64,000 bases of DNA from Sphingomonadales bacterium (GCA_016872215.1 VHAX01000006.1:5115-69114); one strand, 5' to 3'. Positions 39,291 to 49,694 are shown, numbered from the stretch's first letter. The notes: generated from the sequence alone by a model not told the origin. Numbers and translations are program-made.

Positions 39291-39623
39291 ATGGGAACTG
39301 AATCCACCATCAACATATTGTTGATAATTTCTTACATACTGATGGCAGTCAGTATACTCGGCGCCATTGTATTTCCACTATATCATATGGTAACTGACTT
39401 TTCGAAGGCCAAAGGCGCTCTGATGGGTGTGTTGGGTATTGGCTTGTTGTTCGGGATTAGTTTTGTTCTATCGGACAATGAAGTTATGGCTTCTTACGAG
39501 AAGTTCAACATCACACCGGTGCTTTCTCAATTTATTGGATCGTCACTGGTTATGAATTACATTTTGGGCGTCGGAGTTATTGTAATTGCCCTACTTGGGG
39601 AGGTTTACAACGCTTTTAAGTAA
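39291..39623 (+). CDS. Small membrane protein between exbB and exbD
   Basis: 110 aa, predicted 3 TM helices. The position between exbB and exbD is conserved in many Bacteroidota TonB systems. Confidence 0.35.
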   Translation: MGTESTINILLIISYILMAVSILGAIVFPLYHMVTDFSKAKGALMGVLGIGLLFGISFVLSDNEVMASYEKFNITPVLSQFIGSSLVMNYILGVGVIVIALLGEVYNAFK

Positions 39624-40168
39624 TGAGACGAAATCGAACCACTCCTGAAGTCAATGCTGGATCGATGGCCGACATCGCATTCCTGCTGCTCATTTTCTTC
39701 TTGGTTACCACAACCATAGACACAGATCGGGGTATTTCCATCCGACTCCCGCCTATGCCAGAGGAAAATCAACCAGAAAATGACATCAGAATCAAGGAGC
39801 GGAACGTGATGAAAGTGTTGGTGAACGCCAATGACCAGCTTTTGGTGAATGGCGAACTCTTGAGTGTTAAAGAGTTGAAGCGCAGGGCAAAAGAGTTTAT
39901 TGATAATCCGCGCAAAGATCCAAATTTGTCGGAGAGCCCGACAAAAGCTGTGATTTCCTTAAAAAATGACCGGGGTACGTCTTACAACATTTACATTACG
40001 GTGCACAACGAGTTGAAAGCAGCATACAACGAACTCAGAGAGGCCAAGGCCAACGCAGATTTTGGTAAGCCTTTTGAAAAGCTGAATGAAACACAGCAAA
40101 ACGAGATCAAGGATTATTATCGTCAGGTCATTTCCGAAGCTGAACCTGAAAATGTAGGAGGAGTTTAA
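39623..40168 (+). CDS. exbD: ExbD/TolR biopolymer transport protein
   Basis: MADIAFLLLIFFLVTTT single TM segment followed by the ExbD periplasmic domain. Confidence 0.8.
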   Translation: MRRNRTTPEVNAGSMADIAFLLLIFFLVTTTIDTDRGISIRLPPMPEENQPENDIRIKERNVMKVLVNANDQLLVNGELLSVKELKRRAKEFIDNPRKDPNLSESPTKAVISLKNDRGTSYNIYITVHNELKAAYNELREAKANADFGKPFEKLNETQQNEIKDYYRQVISEAEPENVGGV

Positions 40169-40169
40169 T

Positions 40170-40640
40170 ATGAAACTGGAAAAGAAAAAGAAGCCGGCAC
40201 CGGCCATTTCAACCTCATCTCTACCGGATATTGTTTTCATGTTGCTGTTTTTCTTTATGGTGACAACTGTAATGAGGCAGACAGATTTGAAAGTTAAGGT
40301 GGTGGTGCCTCAGGCTACGGAGATCCAAAAATTGGAGAAGAAATCCTTGGTCAGCTACATTTATATCGGAACGCCTACGGAAACCTATCGGGCAAAATTC
40401 GGTACTGCTCCACGAATACAATTGAACGATGCATTTGCTTCACCCAATCAGGTAATTGAATTTATCGAGAAAGAACGAGCCGCCCGGTCAGAGGCCGAGG
40501 TTCCTCTACTCACGACTTCCATTAAGGCCGATAAAGAGGCAAAGATGGGGATTGTTACGGATGTGAAACAGGAGTTGCGTAAATGCAATGCACTGAAACT
40601 GAATTATTCTTCCAGTAAGCGCGCCGAAGTCTACAATTAG
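40170..40640 (+). CDS. exbD: ExbD/TolR biopolymer transport protein (second copy)
   Basis: LPDIVFMLLFFFMVTTV TM segment plus an ExbD-like domain. Confidence 0.75.
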   Translation: MKLEKKKKPAPAISTSSLPDIVFMLLFFFMVTTVMRQTDLKVKVVVPQATEIQKLEKKSLVSYIYIGTPTETYRAKFGTAPRIQLNDAFASPNQVIEFIEKERAARSEAEVPLLTTSIKADKEAKMGIVTDVKQELRKCNALKLNYSSSKRAEVYN

Positions 40641-40688
40641 TCGGATGGGGTTGTTGTCGCCCTGGCTATCCCCGTCTAGATATTATTT

Positions 40689-41660
40689 ATGAGCCGTTTA
40701 GACGAGATCAGGCGCCCGGTGCAGCGGGAGATGGAGGCTTTTGAGCAACGGTTCAGACAGGCTATGAGCAGTAAGGTGCCCCTGCTCGATAAGGTTACCC
40801 ACTATATCGTAAGGAGAAAGGGTAAGCAAGTAAGGCCGTTATTTGTTTTTTTATCGGCAGGTTTGGCCGGTGGTGTACGGGAATCCACCTATGTGGGCGC
40901 GGTTTTGGTGGAGTTGCTGCATACGGCTACTCTGGTGCACGATGATGTGGTCGATGATGCTCATCTCCGACGTGGTTTTTTCAGCATCAATGCATTGTGG
41001 AAAAACAAGATTGCTGTGTTGGTGGGTGATTATTTGCTAAGTAAAGGGCTGCTTCACGCGCTTCATCACCGCGAACATCAGTTATTGGATCTGGTTTCAG
41101 ATGCCGTGCGCAAGATGAGTGAAGGTGAGCTTCTGCAAATTGAAAAGGCCAGGAAACTGGATATCACAGAGGATGTGTATTTCGACATCATATCCAATAA
41201 GACCGCGAGCCTGATGGCGGGGTGCTGTGCCGTGGGTGTGTCCTCGGCGGGGGCGGATCCGGACTGTGTGGAAAGAGCCCGAATATTTGGGGAAAAGGTA
41301 GGATTGGCGTTTCAGATTAAGGATGATTTGTTGGATTTGGGTAATGATCCAACCGGAAAATCGTCTGGGGTGGATTTGAAGGAAAAGAAAATGACCCTCC
41401 CGCTCATAATTTCTTTGGAAAGGGCGGGCGATGGCGAGAAAAGAAGAATCATGAAGTTGGTACGCAGCGATGAATCGAATCCCGCAAAAACGCGGGAGGT
41501 CGTTCGATTCATGCACCAATGGGGGGGTATTGAATATGCGAAGAATCAGATGAATGGACTGCGCGATGAGGCGTTTCGCTTGCTCCGGCAGTTCCCCGAT
41601 AATCCGTGTCGCACGAGTCTGGCAGACCTGGTGGCCTTCACGGTCGACCGAAACCGGTGA
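40689..41660 (+). CDS. Polyprenyl diphosphate synthase (IspB-like trans-prenyltransferase)
   Basis: First aspartate-rich motif LVHDDVVDD, second DDxxD-type region (KDDLLD) and typical length. Confidence 0.85.
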   Translation: MSRLDEIRRPVQREMEAFEQRFRQAMSSKVPLLDKVTHYIVRRKGKQVRPLFVFLSAGLAGGVRESTYVGAVLVELLHTATLVHDDVVDDAHLRRGFFSINALWKNKIAVLVGDYLLSKGLLHALHHREHQLLDLVSDAVRKMSEGELLQIEKARKLDITEDVYFDIISNKTASLMAGCCAVGVSSAGADPDCVERARIFGEKVGLAFQIKDDLLDLGNDPTGKSSGVDLKEKKMTLPLIISLERAGDGEKRRIMKLVRSDESNPAKTREVVRFMHQWGGIEYAKNQMNGLRDEAFRLLRQFPDNPCRTSLADLVAFTVDRNR

Positions 41661-41699
41661 TTTAATCTAGTCTTGAATTTGTTGATTGCGTCTTAGAGA

Positions 41700-42098
41700 T
41701 TAGAAACATTTTGGATACTTGAACGTATTTATGGCAATGTCTGCATGACACCCATGGTTTTAGCTGAGCTTGAGCTACCCGTGCCGGATTTTATTGAAAG
41801 CCCCGATGTTATAAACCTGAATTTATATCGAGTGCTAAAGGAAGTAGTTGACCCGGAGAAGCTTATGTCTTGGTGTTGGCATTGGAGAATCCCGAGGCAA
41901 TAGTCAGCATGGATGATTTACCTGGATGAGGGGAAGCCAAGGAAATCGGTATTAGGTTGACCGGAGCACTTGGGGTTTTAGTTAGAGCAAAAGGGGAAAT
42001 TATATCGCCGGCTTAGACTCTTACACCACGAAATTGCGGATTATTGGATTTAGAATTTCAAAGAATATCATGGAGTTGGCCCTTGAGCTATCAAGGTG
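41700..42098 (+). pseudogene. Decayed DUF3368/PIN-like (toxin-type) gene remnant
   Basis: Fragments in two to three frames read like DUF3368: ...VLAELELPVPDFIES..., ...AKEIGIRLTGALGVLVRAKGEIIS... and a C-terminal ...KLRIIGFRISKNIMELALELSR. They are interrupted by stops and frameshifts. No intact partner antitoxin was seen. Confidence 0.4.
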
Positions 42099-43614
42099 AA
42101 TTAATAATATTGTTCAGAAGGGTGTCGGCCAGGAGGCGGTCGTTGCTGAGGCGGGGAACTTTATTTTGTCCACCAAGTTTCCCTTTTTTTTTGTGCCATG
42201 TGTAGAATGTGCCTGATGGAAGATTGATAAGTTCCGGAGCGCGAAGGGCTAGGTCACCTGTACGTTTGGCGTCGTAATCGGAATTGATGCTGCGCAAAAC
42301 CTGGTCGATCGTCGCGATAAAATCCTGAGGATCTTTGGGTACTATTTCAAATTCCACCAGCCACTGGTGGGCACCCGATTGTGTACCGGTTAGGAAGAGT
42401 GGGGCCACGGTGTAATCACGAACGCGTGCGTCGGTGCGCGTACAGGCATCTGCCAGGGCGCGTTCGGCATTTTCCATAATCACCTCCTCCCCAACAATGT
42501 TGATGTAGTGTTTGGTGCGGCCAACGAAATGGAATCGGAAAGGGTATTTCTGTGTAAACCGGATCGTGTCGCCAATCAGATAGCGCCATAGGCCCGCGTT
42601 GGTACTCAAAACGGGAGCGTATGGGCGGTTGAGTTCTATTTCATCGAGGGTGTACGTACGGGGATGGGACTGCCCGACGTCTGACGGGTCCATGAACTCG
42701 AAAAAGATGCCGTAGTCGAGGAGCAAGAGCATTTCCCCCTGGCTATTGAGGCGGTCGGCGAAACCAAAAAAGCCCTCCGAGGCGTTGTAGGTCTCCATAT
42801 AGTTCATATGGTCGGATGGAATCATTTGCCGGAATGTTTCGCGATAGGGGTAGAAACCCACACCGCCATGGAAGTAGACCTCCATATTAGGCCATATTTC
42901 GCCGATATTGGATTTTCCGGTGTGGTTCAGAATCCAGCGGAACAGGACCAAAAACCATGTTGGAACGCCGGTCATGTTGGTGACATCCTGCTGCATGGTT
43001 TCCCGGGCGATTCGTTCTACTTTAATCTCCCAATCGTCGAGTAAGGCCACGGAAAGTTCGGGTGTGCGAATAAATTCGACCCAGAAGGGCAGATTTTGCA
43101 TCAACAGGGCTGATAAATCACCATAATAGGTGCCTTCCTTGAGCGAATTGATCTTGTGGCTTCCCCCAATGGTGAGTCCTTTGCCGGAAAAAATATGTGT
43201 GTCGGGCACCAATGAGCAGTACATGGCCAGCATATCCTTTCCCGCTTTGAAATGGCAGTCTTCGAATGCCTCCTCGCTCACTGGTATAAACTTGCTGCGG
43301 TCGTTGGTGGTGCCGCTTGATTTAGCGAACCACTTGATTTCGGTAGGCCAGAGCACCTGCTGTTCACCTTTCATGACCCTTTCGATCCATGGAAACAATT
43401 GCTCATAGCCCGAAACAGGCACCCGTTCACGGTAATCTTCAATCTTGTGAATTTGGGCGTAACCGAACGTACGCCCCCACTGTGTGTCGCGGGCTTTGAA
43501 GAGTAGTTGACGAAAAACATCGTTTTGTACCTCCATGGGGTACTTCATAAACAACTCTACCTGATGGAGGCGTTTTTTCATCCACCAGCTGATCAGCGAA
43601 TTCAAAACTGACAT
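42091..43614 (-). CDS. GH3 (auxin-responsive promoter) family acyl-adenylate-forming enzyme-like protein
   Basis: 507 aa with a conserved GH3-family N-terminus (…KYPMEVQNDVFRQLLFKARDTQWGRTFGY…YEQLFPWIERV) and layout typical of Bacteroidota GH3 proteins. Confidence 0.7.
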   Translation of the reverse strand: MSVLNSLISWWMKKRLHQVELFMKYPMEVQNDVFRQLLFKARDTQWGRTFGYAQIHKIEDYRERVPVSGYEQLFPWIERVMKGEQQVLWPTEIKWFAKSSGTTNDRSKFIPVSEEAFEDCHFKAGKDMLAMYCSLVPDTHIFSGKGLTIGGSHKINSLKEGTYYGDLSALLMQNLPFWVEFIRTPELSVALLDDWEIKVERIARETMQQDVTNMTGVPTWFLVLFRWILNHTGKSNIGEIWPNMEVYFHGGVGFYPYRETFRQMIPSDHMNYMETYNASEGFFGFADRLNSQGEMLLLLDYGIFFEFMDPSDVGQSHPRTYTLDEIELNRPYAPVLSTNAGLWRYLIGDTIRFTQKYPFRFHFVGRTKHYINIVGEEVIMENAERALADACTRTDARVRDYTVAPLFLTGTQSGAHQWLVEFEIVPKDPQDFIATIDQVLRSINSDYDAKRTGDLALRAPELINLPSGTFYTWHKKKGKLGGQNKVPRLSNDRLLADTLLNNIINSP

Positions 43615-43617
43615 GAC

Positions 43618-44355
43618 TCAGATGGGAATTTTTCTTTTCAGTTCAAAATGCTGGCCTAGGTAGAGGCGGCGCACTTCAGGGTCGACCGATAGCTCTTCGG
43701 GGGTGCCCGAACGAAGGATCTTGCCTTCGAAGAGCAGGTAAGCCTTGTCGGTGATCGACAAAGTTTCATTCACATTGTGGTCGGTAATCAGAATGCCGAT
43801 GTTCTTTTGTTTCAAGCGGAAAACGATGCCTTGAATATCTTCCACGGCAATCGGATCCACCCCGGCGAAGGGCTCATCGAGCAAGATAAAAGAAGGGTCG
43901 GCGGCGAGAGCACGCGCAATTTCGGTGCGGCGGCGCTCTCCACCCGATAATACGTCGCCCGGATTGCAGCGTACGTGCTGAAGGCCGAATTCTTCCAACA
44001 ATTCCTCGAGACGGGCGGCTTGTTCGGCCTGAGTGCGTGGGGTGAATTGCAAAACCGCCCGAATGTTGTTTTCAACCGAGAGTTTCCGGAACACGGAAGC
44101 TTCCTGGGGCAGATAGCCAATGCCCAAACGTGCACGCTTGTACATGGGCAAGTCTGTGATGTCGCGCTCGTCGAGGAATACGCGCCCCGAATCGCTTCGT
44201 ATGAGCCCCACCATCATGTAAAAAGTAGTGGTTTTGCCAGCACCGTTCGGGCCAAGCAGGCCAACAATTTCGCCACGGGTAACGGAAACCGAAACCTGGT
44301 CGACCACCCTTCTGTGCCGATATTGTTTGACCAGTTGCTCAGAGCGAAGAATCAT
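43618..44355 (-). CDS. lptB: LPS export ABC transporter ATP-binding protein
   Basis: Walker [10 protein letters not shown], signature [16 protein letters not shown], 245 aa. Confidence 0.85.
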   Translation of the reverse strand: MILRSEQLVKQYRHRRVVDQVSVSVTRGEIVGLLGPNGAGKTTTFYMMVGLIRSDSGRVFLDERDITDLPMYKRARLGIGYLPQEASVFRKLSVENNIRAVLQFTPRTQAEQAARLEELLEEFGLQHVRCNPGDVLSGGERRRTEIARALAADPSFILLDEPFAGVDPIAVEDIQGIVFRLKQKNIGILITDHNVNETLSITDKAYLLFEGKILRSGTPEELSVDPEVRRLYLGQHFELKRKIPI

Positions 44356-44362
44356 GCGTGAG

Positions 44363-46093
44363 TCAAAGGAATTTGATGTCTTTGATGATCAATTTAATCT
44401 CGGATTGCTTACGAAAAGTATTCTCCTCAATTGTATAGGCCATATTAAAGGGAAGCCCCTTAGCTATCCGGTTTAGGTGCATTGCGGAACCGAAGGCGAT
44501 GGCCGTAATTGCCTGTCCATCGTCTTGCTGCACCCTTAGAAGCAGGTGGTTTTCGCCCACCACACGAGCCGAACCATCGGAAAATACTGCTTCTGAAGCG
44601 AACACCGGCTTTGGGTTGTCGTGACCAAACGGGGCGAATTGTCGGAGGATCCGATAGAATTTAGGTGTGATTTGCGACAAACGGATTTGTCGCTCAATTT
44701 CGAGGGAAGGCACAAGCTGCTCGTCGAGAATCAACCGGTCTACCTCCTGCTCGAAACGTGTGCAAAAGGCAGATAGGTTTTCCTCCTTAATGATTAGGCC
44801 CGCCGCTGCTTCGTGACCCCCGAATTGTTCGATACACTCGGAGCAGCCCGACAAGGCCTGATATATGTTGAAGCCGTTGACAGTACGGGCCGAACCAGTG
44901 AGCAGGCCGTCGGCCTGACTAAAAACCACCGAGGGGCGGTAATATTGTTCTACGAGGCGGGAGGCAACAATGCCCAAAACCCCTTTATGCCAATTCTTGC
45001 CGTAAACCACCATGGTTTTGCGCTCGGAGAAATTCTCAGCACATCGGGCCATTTCAATGGCTTCGCGGGTGATTACGGCATCCACATCGCGGCGGTCGGA
45101 ATTAGTGGTGTTGATGGCGGCCGCCCGCACATCGGCATCGTTCATGTCGCAGCACAGCAACAACTCTACAGCCTGTCGGGCATCTCCCATTCTGCCAGCC
45201 GCATTGATCCGTGGTGCGATCGAAAACACGATGTCGTTCACGGTGAGCTCGTTTTTAGGCCGCGAGAGTTGGATCACCGCTTTTAGGCCGGGACATGGAT
45301 TCTGATTGAGTTTTTGGAGTCCGAAATACACAAGGATGCGGTTTTCACCAGTGAGGGGGACGAAATCGGCGGCAATGCTCACCGCCACGAGGTCGAGCGA
45401 TTGGGTGAGCCAGTCGGTCGACATGCCATGCTTCATAATGTAGGCCTGAACCAGTTTAAATCCAATTCCACAGCCACTCAGCTCCTTGAAGGGATAGGTA
45501 CAGCCAGGCTGTTTGGGATTGAGAATGGCATAGGCCGCGGGCAATACCGAAGGCAAATGGTGGTCGGTCACCACCACATCGATACCCAATTTTTTGGCCC
45601 ACTCCACCTCCGCAACTGCAGTAATGCCACAATCGAGGGTGATGATCAGGTCGATGTTCTGTTCGGCCGACCATTCCACCGCAGTCATGCTGAGGCCGTA
45701 CCCTTCCTTGTGCCTGTCCGGAACGTAGAACTGCACAGATGGATTGATTGAGGCGATGAAACGGTACAGAACAGCAATCGATGTTGTACCGTCCACGTCG
45801 TAGTCGCCATACACCAAAATCCGCTCCTGTCGATGTAACGCTTCTGTGAGGCGGTCAACCGCTTTGTCCATGTCCTTCATGAGGAACGGATCGTGGAGCT
45901 TGTTCAGGTCGGGACGAAAATAATCGCGTGCCTGTTCGAATGAGCATACCTTTCGGTGGCACAGTAGCCAGGCTATGGCTTCATCGACCTGCAAGGCTTC
46001 AGCCAGCACTGCCACAGACGCCAATGGGGGTGCCTTGGCATACTTCCATATTTTTTCGGATTTGGCGGTTTCGATCAGAACAGGCTCAGACAT
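44363..46093 (-). CDS. recJ: Single-stranded-DNA-specific exonuclease RecJ
   Basis: DHH motifs ([15 protein letters not shown]...), DHHA1 domain, 576 aa. Confidence 0.9.
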   Translation of the reverse strand: MSEPVLIETAKSEKIWKYAKAPPLASVAVLAEALQVDEAIAWLLCHRKVCSFEQARDYFRPDLNKLHDPFLMKDMDKAVDRLTEALHRQERILVYGDYDVDGTTSIAVLYRFIASINPSVQFYVPDRHKEGYGLSMTAVEWSAEQNIDLIITLDCGITAVAEVEWAKKLGIDVVVTDHHLPSVLPAAYAILNPKQPGCTYPFKELSGCGIGFKLVQAYIMKHGMSTDWLTQSLDLVAVSIAADFVPLTGENRILVYFGLQKLNQNPCPGLKAVIQLSRPKNELTVNDIVFSIAPRINAAGRMGDARQAVELLLCCDMNDADVRAAAINTTNSDRRDVDAVITREAIEMARCAENFSERKTMVVYGKNWHKGVLGIVASRLVEQYYRPSVVFSQADGLLTGSARTVNGFNIYQALSGCSECIEQFGGHEAAAGLIIKEENLSAFCTRFEQEVDRLILDEQLVPSLEIERQIRLSQITPKFYRILRQFAPFGHDNPKPVFASEAVFSDGSARVVGENHLLLRVQQDDGQAITAIAFGSAMHLNRIAKGLPFNMAYTIEENTFRKQSEIKLIIKDIKFL

Positions 46094-46151
46094 GACGAGG
46101 AATTGCTCAATATACGGGACGTAAACGAAATTCTCAATGGGTAGGCAAGAA

Positions 46152-48206
46152 TTAGAATTCCTTTAAACGTTTTTCGAGTGCATAAACTTCGTCGCGGTAG
46201 CGGGCGGCTTCAAGGTAGTCGAGTTCGCGTGCGGCCTTTTCCATGTTCTTGCGGGTGTCGCGCAGCATTTTTTCAATCTGGGGTTTGCTGAGGTAGGGCA
46301 ATAAAGGGTCTGCAGCGAGGTCGGTTTGGCCTTCGCTACAATCGGTCGGTGATGTAGTCGCCGCCTCATAGTTGCGGATGTCGAGTACCGCTGATTGTCC
46401 AATGATTTCCTCACGGCTCTTGGTAATTCCACGGGGGGCGATGTTGTGCATTGTGTTGTAGGCCATTTGCTTTTCGCGCCTTCTGGTGGTTTCGGTCATG
46501 GTTTTCTCCATCGAATCTGTGATTTTATCTGCATAGAAAATCACCCGACCCTCTACATTTCGAGCGGCACGGCCCGCTGTTTGGGTAAGGGAACGTTCGC
46601 TGCGTAGAAATCCCTCTTTGTCTGCGTCCAGCACGGCCACGAGCGACACTTCAGGGAGATCAAGCCCTTCTCGCAAGAGATTCACCCCAATCAGCACATC
46701 GAATTTGCCAAGGCGCAGGTCGCGGAGTATTTCAATGCGGTCTAGGGTCTCGACTTCGCTGTGCAGGTAGCGACAACGAATCCCCAGACCTCCCATATAG
46801 CGGGTCAGTTCCTCCGACATCCGCTTGGTGAGGGTCGTTACCAGCACCCGCTGTCCCCGTTCGATGGTATTTTGTGCCTCATTCAGTAAATCGTCAACCT
46901 GGGTGGCTACCGGACGCACTTCTATAATGGGGTCGAGCAGGCCAGTGGGACGAACCAGTTGTTCCACCACAACGCCCTCGCTTTTTATGAGTTCATAGTC
47001 ACCCGGCGTGGCACTCACATAGACGACCTGACCAGTGAGCTGCTCGAATTCCTCGAAACGAAGGGGACGGTTGTCCAGGGCGGCCGGTAGCCGAAAACCA
47101 TAGTCAACCAGATTCAGCTTGCGGCTTCGGTCACCCCCGTACATGGCACGCAGTTGGGGTAGGGTTTGGTGGCTCTCATCCAGAAAGATTAGAAAATCGT
47201 TAGGAAAATAATCGAGCAGGCAGAAGGGGCGCTCGCCGGGATTGCGCTGGTCGATGTAGCGCGAGTAGTTTTCGATGCCGGAACAATAGCCCAACTCGCG
47301 GATCATTTCGAGGTCGAAGGTCACCCGCTCTTCTAGTCGCTTGGCTTCTTCAAATCGACCCACATCTTTGAAGTAATTCACTTGAGCCACCATATCGTCC
47401 TGTATGGCGCATAAGGTGTAATGCATGCGCTCGCGTGGGGTGATGTAGTTGTTTGCGGGGAAGATGGCGAGGTGCTCCAAGACCTCGCTACTGCTTCCTT
47501 TGAGGGGGTCTGTCACCGACATCCGTTCGATTTCGTTGCCGAACAATTCAATTCGGTAGGCATGATCGGCGTAGGGGGGGTATACCTCGATATTGTCGCC
47601 CTGTACGCGAAAGTGTCCCCGCGTCAGTTCAGCCGTAGTTCGCGTGTAGAGGATGTCGACCAGTGCATGGAGTAGTGCGTTTCGGGTGATGCGCTCGCTC
47701 TTCGACAGGCGGATTACCTTTTCGGTGTAGTCCTTCGGGTTGCCCATGCCGTAGATGCAGCTGACCGAGGCCACTACTAATACATCGCGTCGACCGCTCA
47801 TGAGGGAGGAGGTGGTCCGCAGGCGTAATTTTTCGATCTCCTCGTTTATGGCCAGATCCTTTTCTATATAGGTGTTGGTGGTGGGGATGAAAGCCTCTGG
47901 CTGGTAGTAGTCGTAATAGCTCACGAAATACTCCACGGCGTTGTGGGGAAAGAATTGCCGGAATTCACCATACAGCTGGGCCACAAGTGTTTTGTTATGT
48001 GTCAGGATAAGGGTTGGTCGGTTGATTTGGGCAATGACGTTGGCCATGGTGTAGGTCTTCCCACTGCCTGTAACCCCCAGCAAAACCTGTGCGTCATCAC
48101 CCCGGGTGATGCCCTCGCTGAGCGCGCGAATCGCCTCGGGCTGGTCGCCCGCGGGGGGGTAGGGTGATTGGATTTGGAACTCCATGTGGGGTGGTATGAC
48201 CTGCAA
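46152..48206 (-). CDS. uvrB: Excinuclease ABC subunit B
   Basis: 684 aa with helicase motifs (GVTGSGKT), a UvrB interaction domain and a C-terminal UVR domain (LEKRLKEF). Confidence 0.95.
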   Translation of the reverse strand: MQVIPPHMEFQIQSPYPPAGDQPEAIRALSEGITRGDDAQVLLGVTGSGKTYTMANVIAQINRPTLILTHNKTLVAQLYGEFRQFFPHNAVEYFVSYYDYYQPEAFIPTTNTYIEKDLAINEEIEKLRLRTTSSLMSGRRDVLVVASVSCIYGMGNPKDYTEKVIRLSKSERITRNALLHALVDILYTRTTAELTRGHFRVQGDNIEVYPPYADHAYRIELFGNEIERMSVTDPLKGSSSEVLEHLAIFPANNYITPRERMHYTLCAIQDDMVAQVNYFKDVGRFEEAKRLEERVTFDLEMIRELGYCSGIENYSRYIDQRNPGERPFCLLDYFPNDFLIFLDESHQTLPQLRAMYGGDRSRKLNLVDYGFRLPAALDNRPLRFEEFEQLTGQVVYVSATPGDYELIKSEGVVVEQLVRPTGLLDPIIEVRPVATQVDDLLNEAQNTIERGQRVLVTTLTKRMSEELTRYMGGLGIRCRYLHSEVETLDRIEILRDLRLGKFDVLIGVNLLREGLDLPEVSLVAVLDADKEGFLRSERSLTQTAGRAARNVEGRVIFYADKITDSMEKTMTETTRRREKQMAYNTMHNIAPRGITKSREEIIGQSAVLDIRNYEAATTSPTDCSEGQTDLAADPLLPYLSKPQIEKMLRDTRKNMEKAARELDYLEAARYRDEVYALEKRLKEF

Positions 48207-48243
48207 AAATAAGGGATGGGGGATGCTTCAGGCGGTCAATTTC

Positions 48244-48573
48244 AAAAGCTTTTCGGTTCCGGGTCAAAGGCATAAAAACTTGCGCAGAATGGGATGAAAT
48301 TTTTTTTTAACAGTAGTATTTCTTTTCGTTGAACTCCTATTTTTATCCCATGCAGGATGTACTGTCAATTGTACTCGAAAAGGCGCGCAAAAGGGGTACG
48401 CCCCGTGCAAAAGCTTTTCGGTTCCGGGTCAAAGGCATAAAAACTTGCGCAGAATGGGATGAATTTTTTTTTTAACAGTAGTATTTCTTTTCGTTGAACT
48501 CCTATTTTTATCCCATGCAGGATGTACTGTCAATTGTACTCGAAAAGGCGCGCAAAAGGGGTACGCCCCGTGC
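48244..48573. repeat. Perfect 165-bp x2 tandem duplication in the uvrB/GDPD intergenic region
   Basis: Copy 1 at 48244-48408 and copy 2 at 48409-48573 are identical except a single-base shift within the homopolymer (GAAATTTTTTTTT vs GAATTTTTTTTTT). Each copy carries an AT-rich promoter-like stretch and the start of the small ORF ATGCAGGATGTACTG. Confidence 0.9.
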
Positions 48574-48670
48574 CGTGCTGGTTCGCTACCTGCGGATGAA
48601 GTACCATATCGAACTGAGTGCGGAGGTGCTCGACCGACGCAGTCGTATGCTCGGTATAAAGATTTCTTGA
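48515..48670 (+). CDS. Small basic ORF (51 aa) immediately upstream of the GDPD gene
   Basis: MQDVLSIVLEKARKRGTPRAVLVRYLRMKYHIELSAEVLDRRSRMLGIKIS. Its 5' end is duplicated (and truncated) in copy 1 of the 165-bp repeat. The stop lies 3 bp before the GTG start of the next gene. Confidence 0.3.
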   Translation: MQDVLSIVLEKARKRGTPRAVLVRYLRMKYHIELSAEVLDRRSRMLGIKIS

Positions 48671-48673
48671 GTT

Positions 48674-49687
48674 GTGCGTTGGAGATTGCCTGCATTTCTC
48701 AGCTGGTTGATACCGCCCCTTTTTTCCGTTTTGATGCCCCCGGCCGCCGCAACACAACTCATGGCGCAAACCATAGCAAAAACCACTACACAAGCTATTG
48801 CGCAAAACGCTACACAGATGGCAGCACAAACGCCCCGTTTTGATGTGCAGGGCCATAGGGGTGCCCGGGGCCTGCTCCCCGAAAACACCATCCCATCCAT
48901 GCTGGAGGCGGTTCGATTGGGCGTTACCACCCTCGAACTGGATGTGGTGATGACCGGCGATCAACAGATCCTGGTTTCCCATGAGCCTTATATGAACCCC
49001 GAGATTTGTCTGGATCCATACGGCCGCACACTCGACCCAACGACCCCCAAGGCCATCAATCTGTACAGGATTCCCTTTGATCAAATTCGGCAGTACGACT
49101 GCGGGAGTAAGGTTCACCCCCGCTTTCCCGAGCAGCGGCTCATGCCGGTCTACAAGCCCCTACTTTCGGAGCTTTTTGCAGCAGTCGAGCAATACACCCA
49201 GGAGCTCAGTTTGAGCCCAGTGCGTTATAACATCGAGATTAAGTCTGTGGCGGGACAAGACAACATTTCACAGCCCACCCCTTCTGTGTTTGCAGACGCG
49301 GTTCTGGCCGAGATCGCCCGGGCGGGACTGGGCGGACGGTGTATGATCCAGAGTTTTGACGCCCGCCCCCTTCAGTACATCAACCGAAACCGGGGAAATC
49401 AGCGCATTCCACTTGCATTTCTGGTGGAGGAAGGAAAGGATGCGGCGATTCACCTAAAGGAGCTGGGGTTCATGCCTGCGGTTTACAGCCCATTGTTCCA
49501 CCTACTCGACAAAAAGAAGGTCGACCAGTTGCACAAGCAGGGTATTCGGGTGGTGCCGTGGACGGTCAACGAGATCCGCGACATGGAACTGCTGATCGAT
49601 ATGGGCGTAGACGGGATTATCACCGATTACCCCGACCGGCTCATCAAACTCGTTCGCGAGCGAAACCTGCCTGGTTGGATCCCTTAA
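48674..49687 (+). CDS. Glycerophosphodiester phosphodiesterase (GDPD family), secreted
   Basis: HRG motif (FDVQGHRGARGLLPENT), E/D metal ligands, a signal-like N-terminus and a Q/T/A-rich low-complexity stretch. The ORF track places a GTG start at 48674. Confidence 0.8.
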   Translation: MRWRLPAFLSWLIPPLFSVLMPPAAATQLMAQTIAKTTTQAIAQNATQMAAQTPRFDVQGHRGARGLLPENTIPSMLEAVRLGVTTLELDVVMTGDQQILVSHEPYMNPEICLDPYGRTLDPTTPKAINLYRIPFDQIRQYDCGSKVHPRFPEQRLMPVYKPLLSELFAAVEQYTQELSLSPVRYNIEIKSVAGQDNISQPTPSVFADAVLAEIARAGLGGRCMIQSFDARPLQYINRNRGNQRIPLAFLVEEGKDAAIHLKELGFMPAVYSPLFHLLDKKKVDQLHKQGIRVVPWTVNEIRDMELLIDMGVDGIITDYPDRLIKLVRERNLPGWIP

Positions 49688-49694
49688 AAGTATA

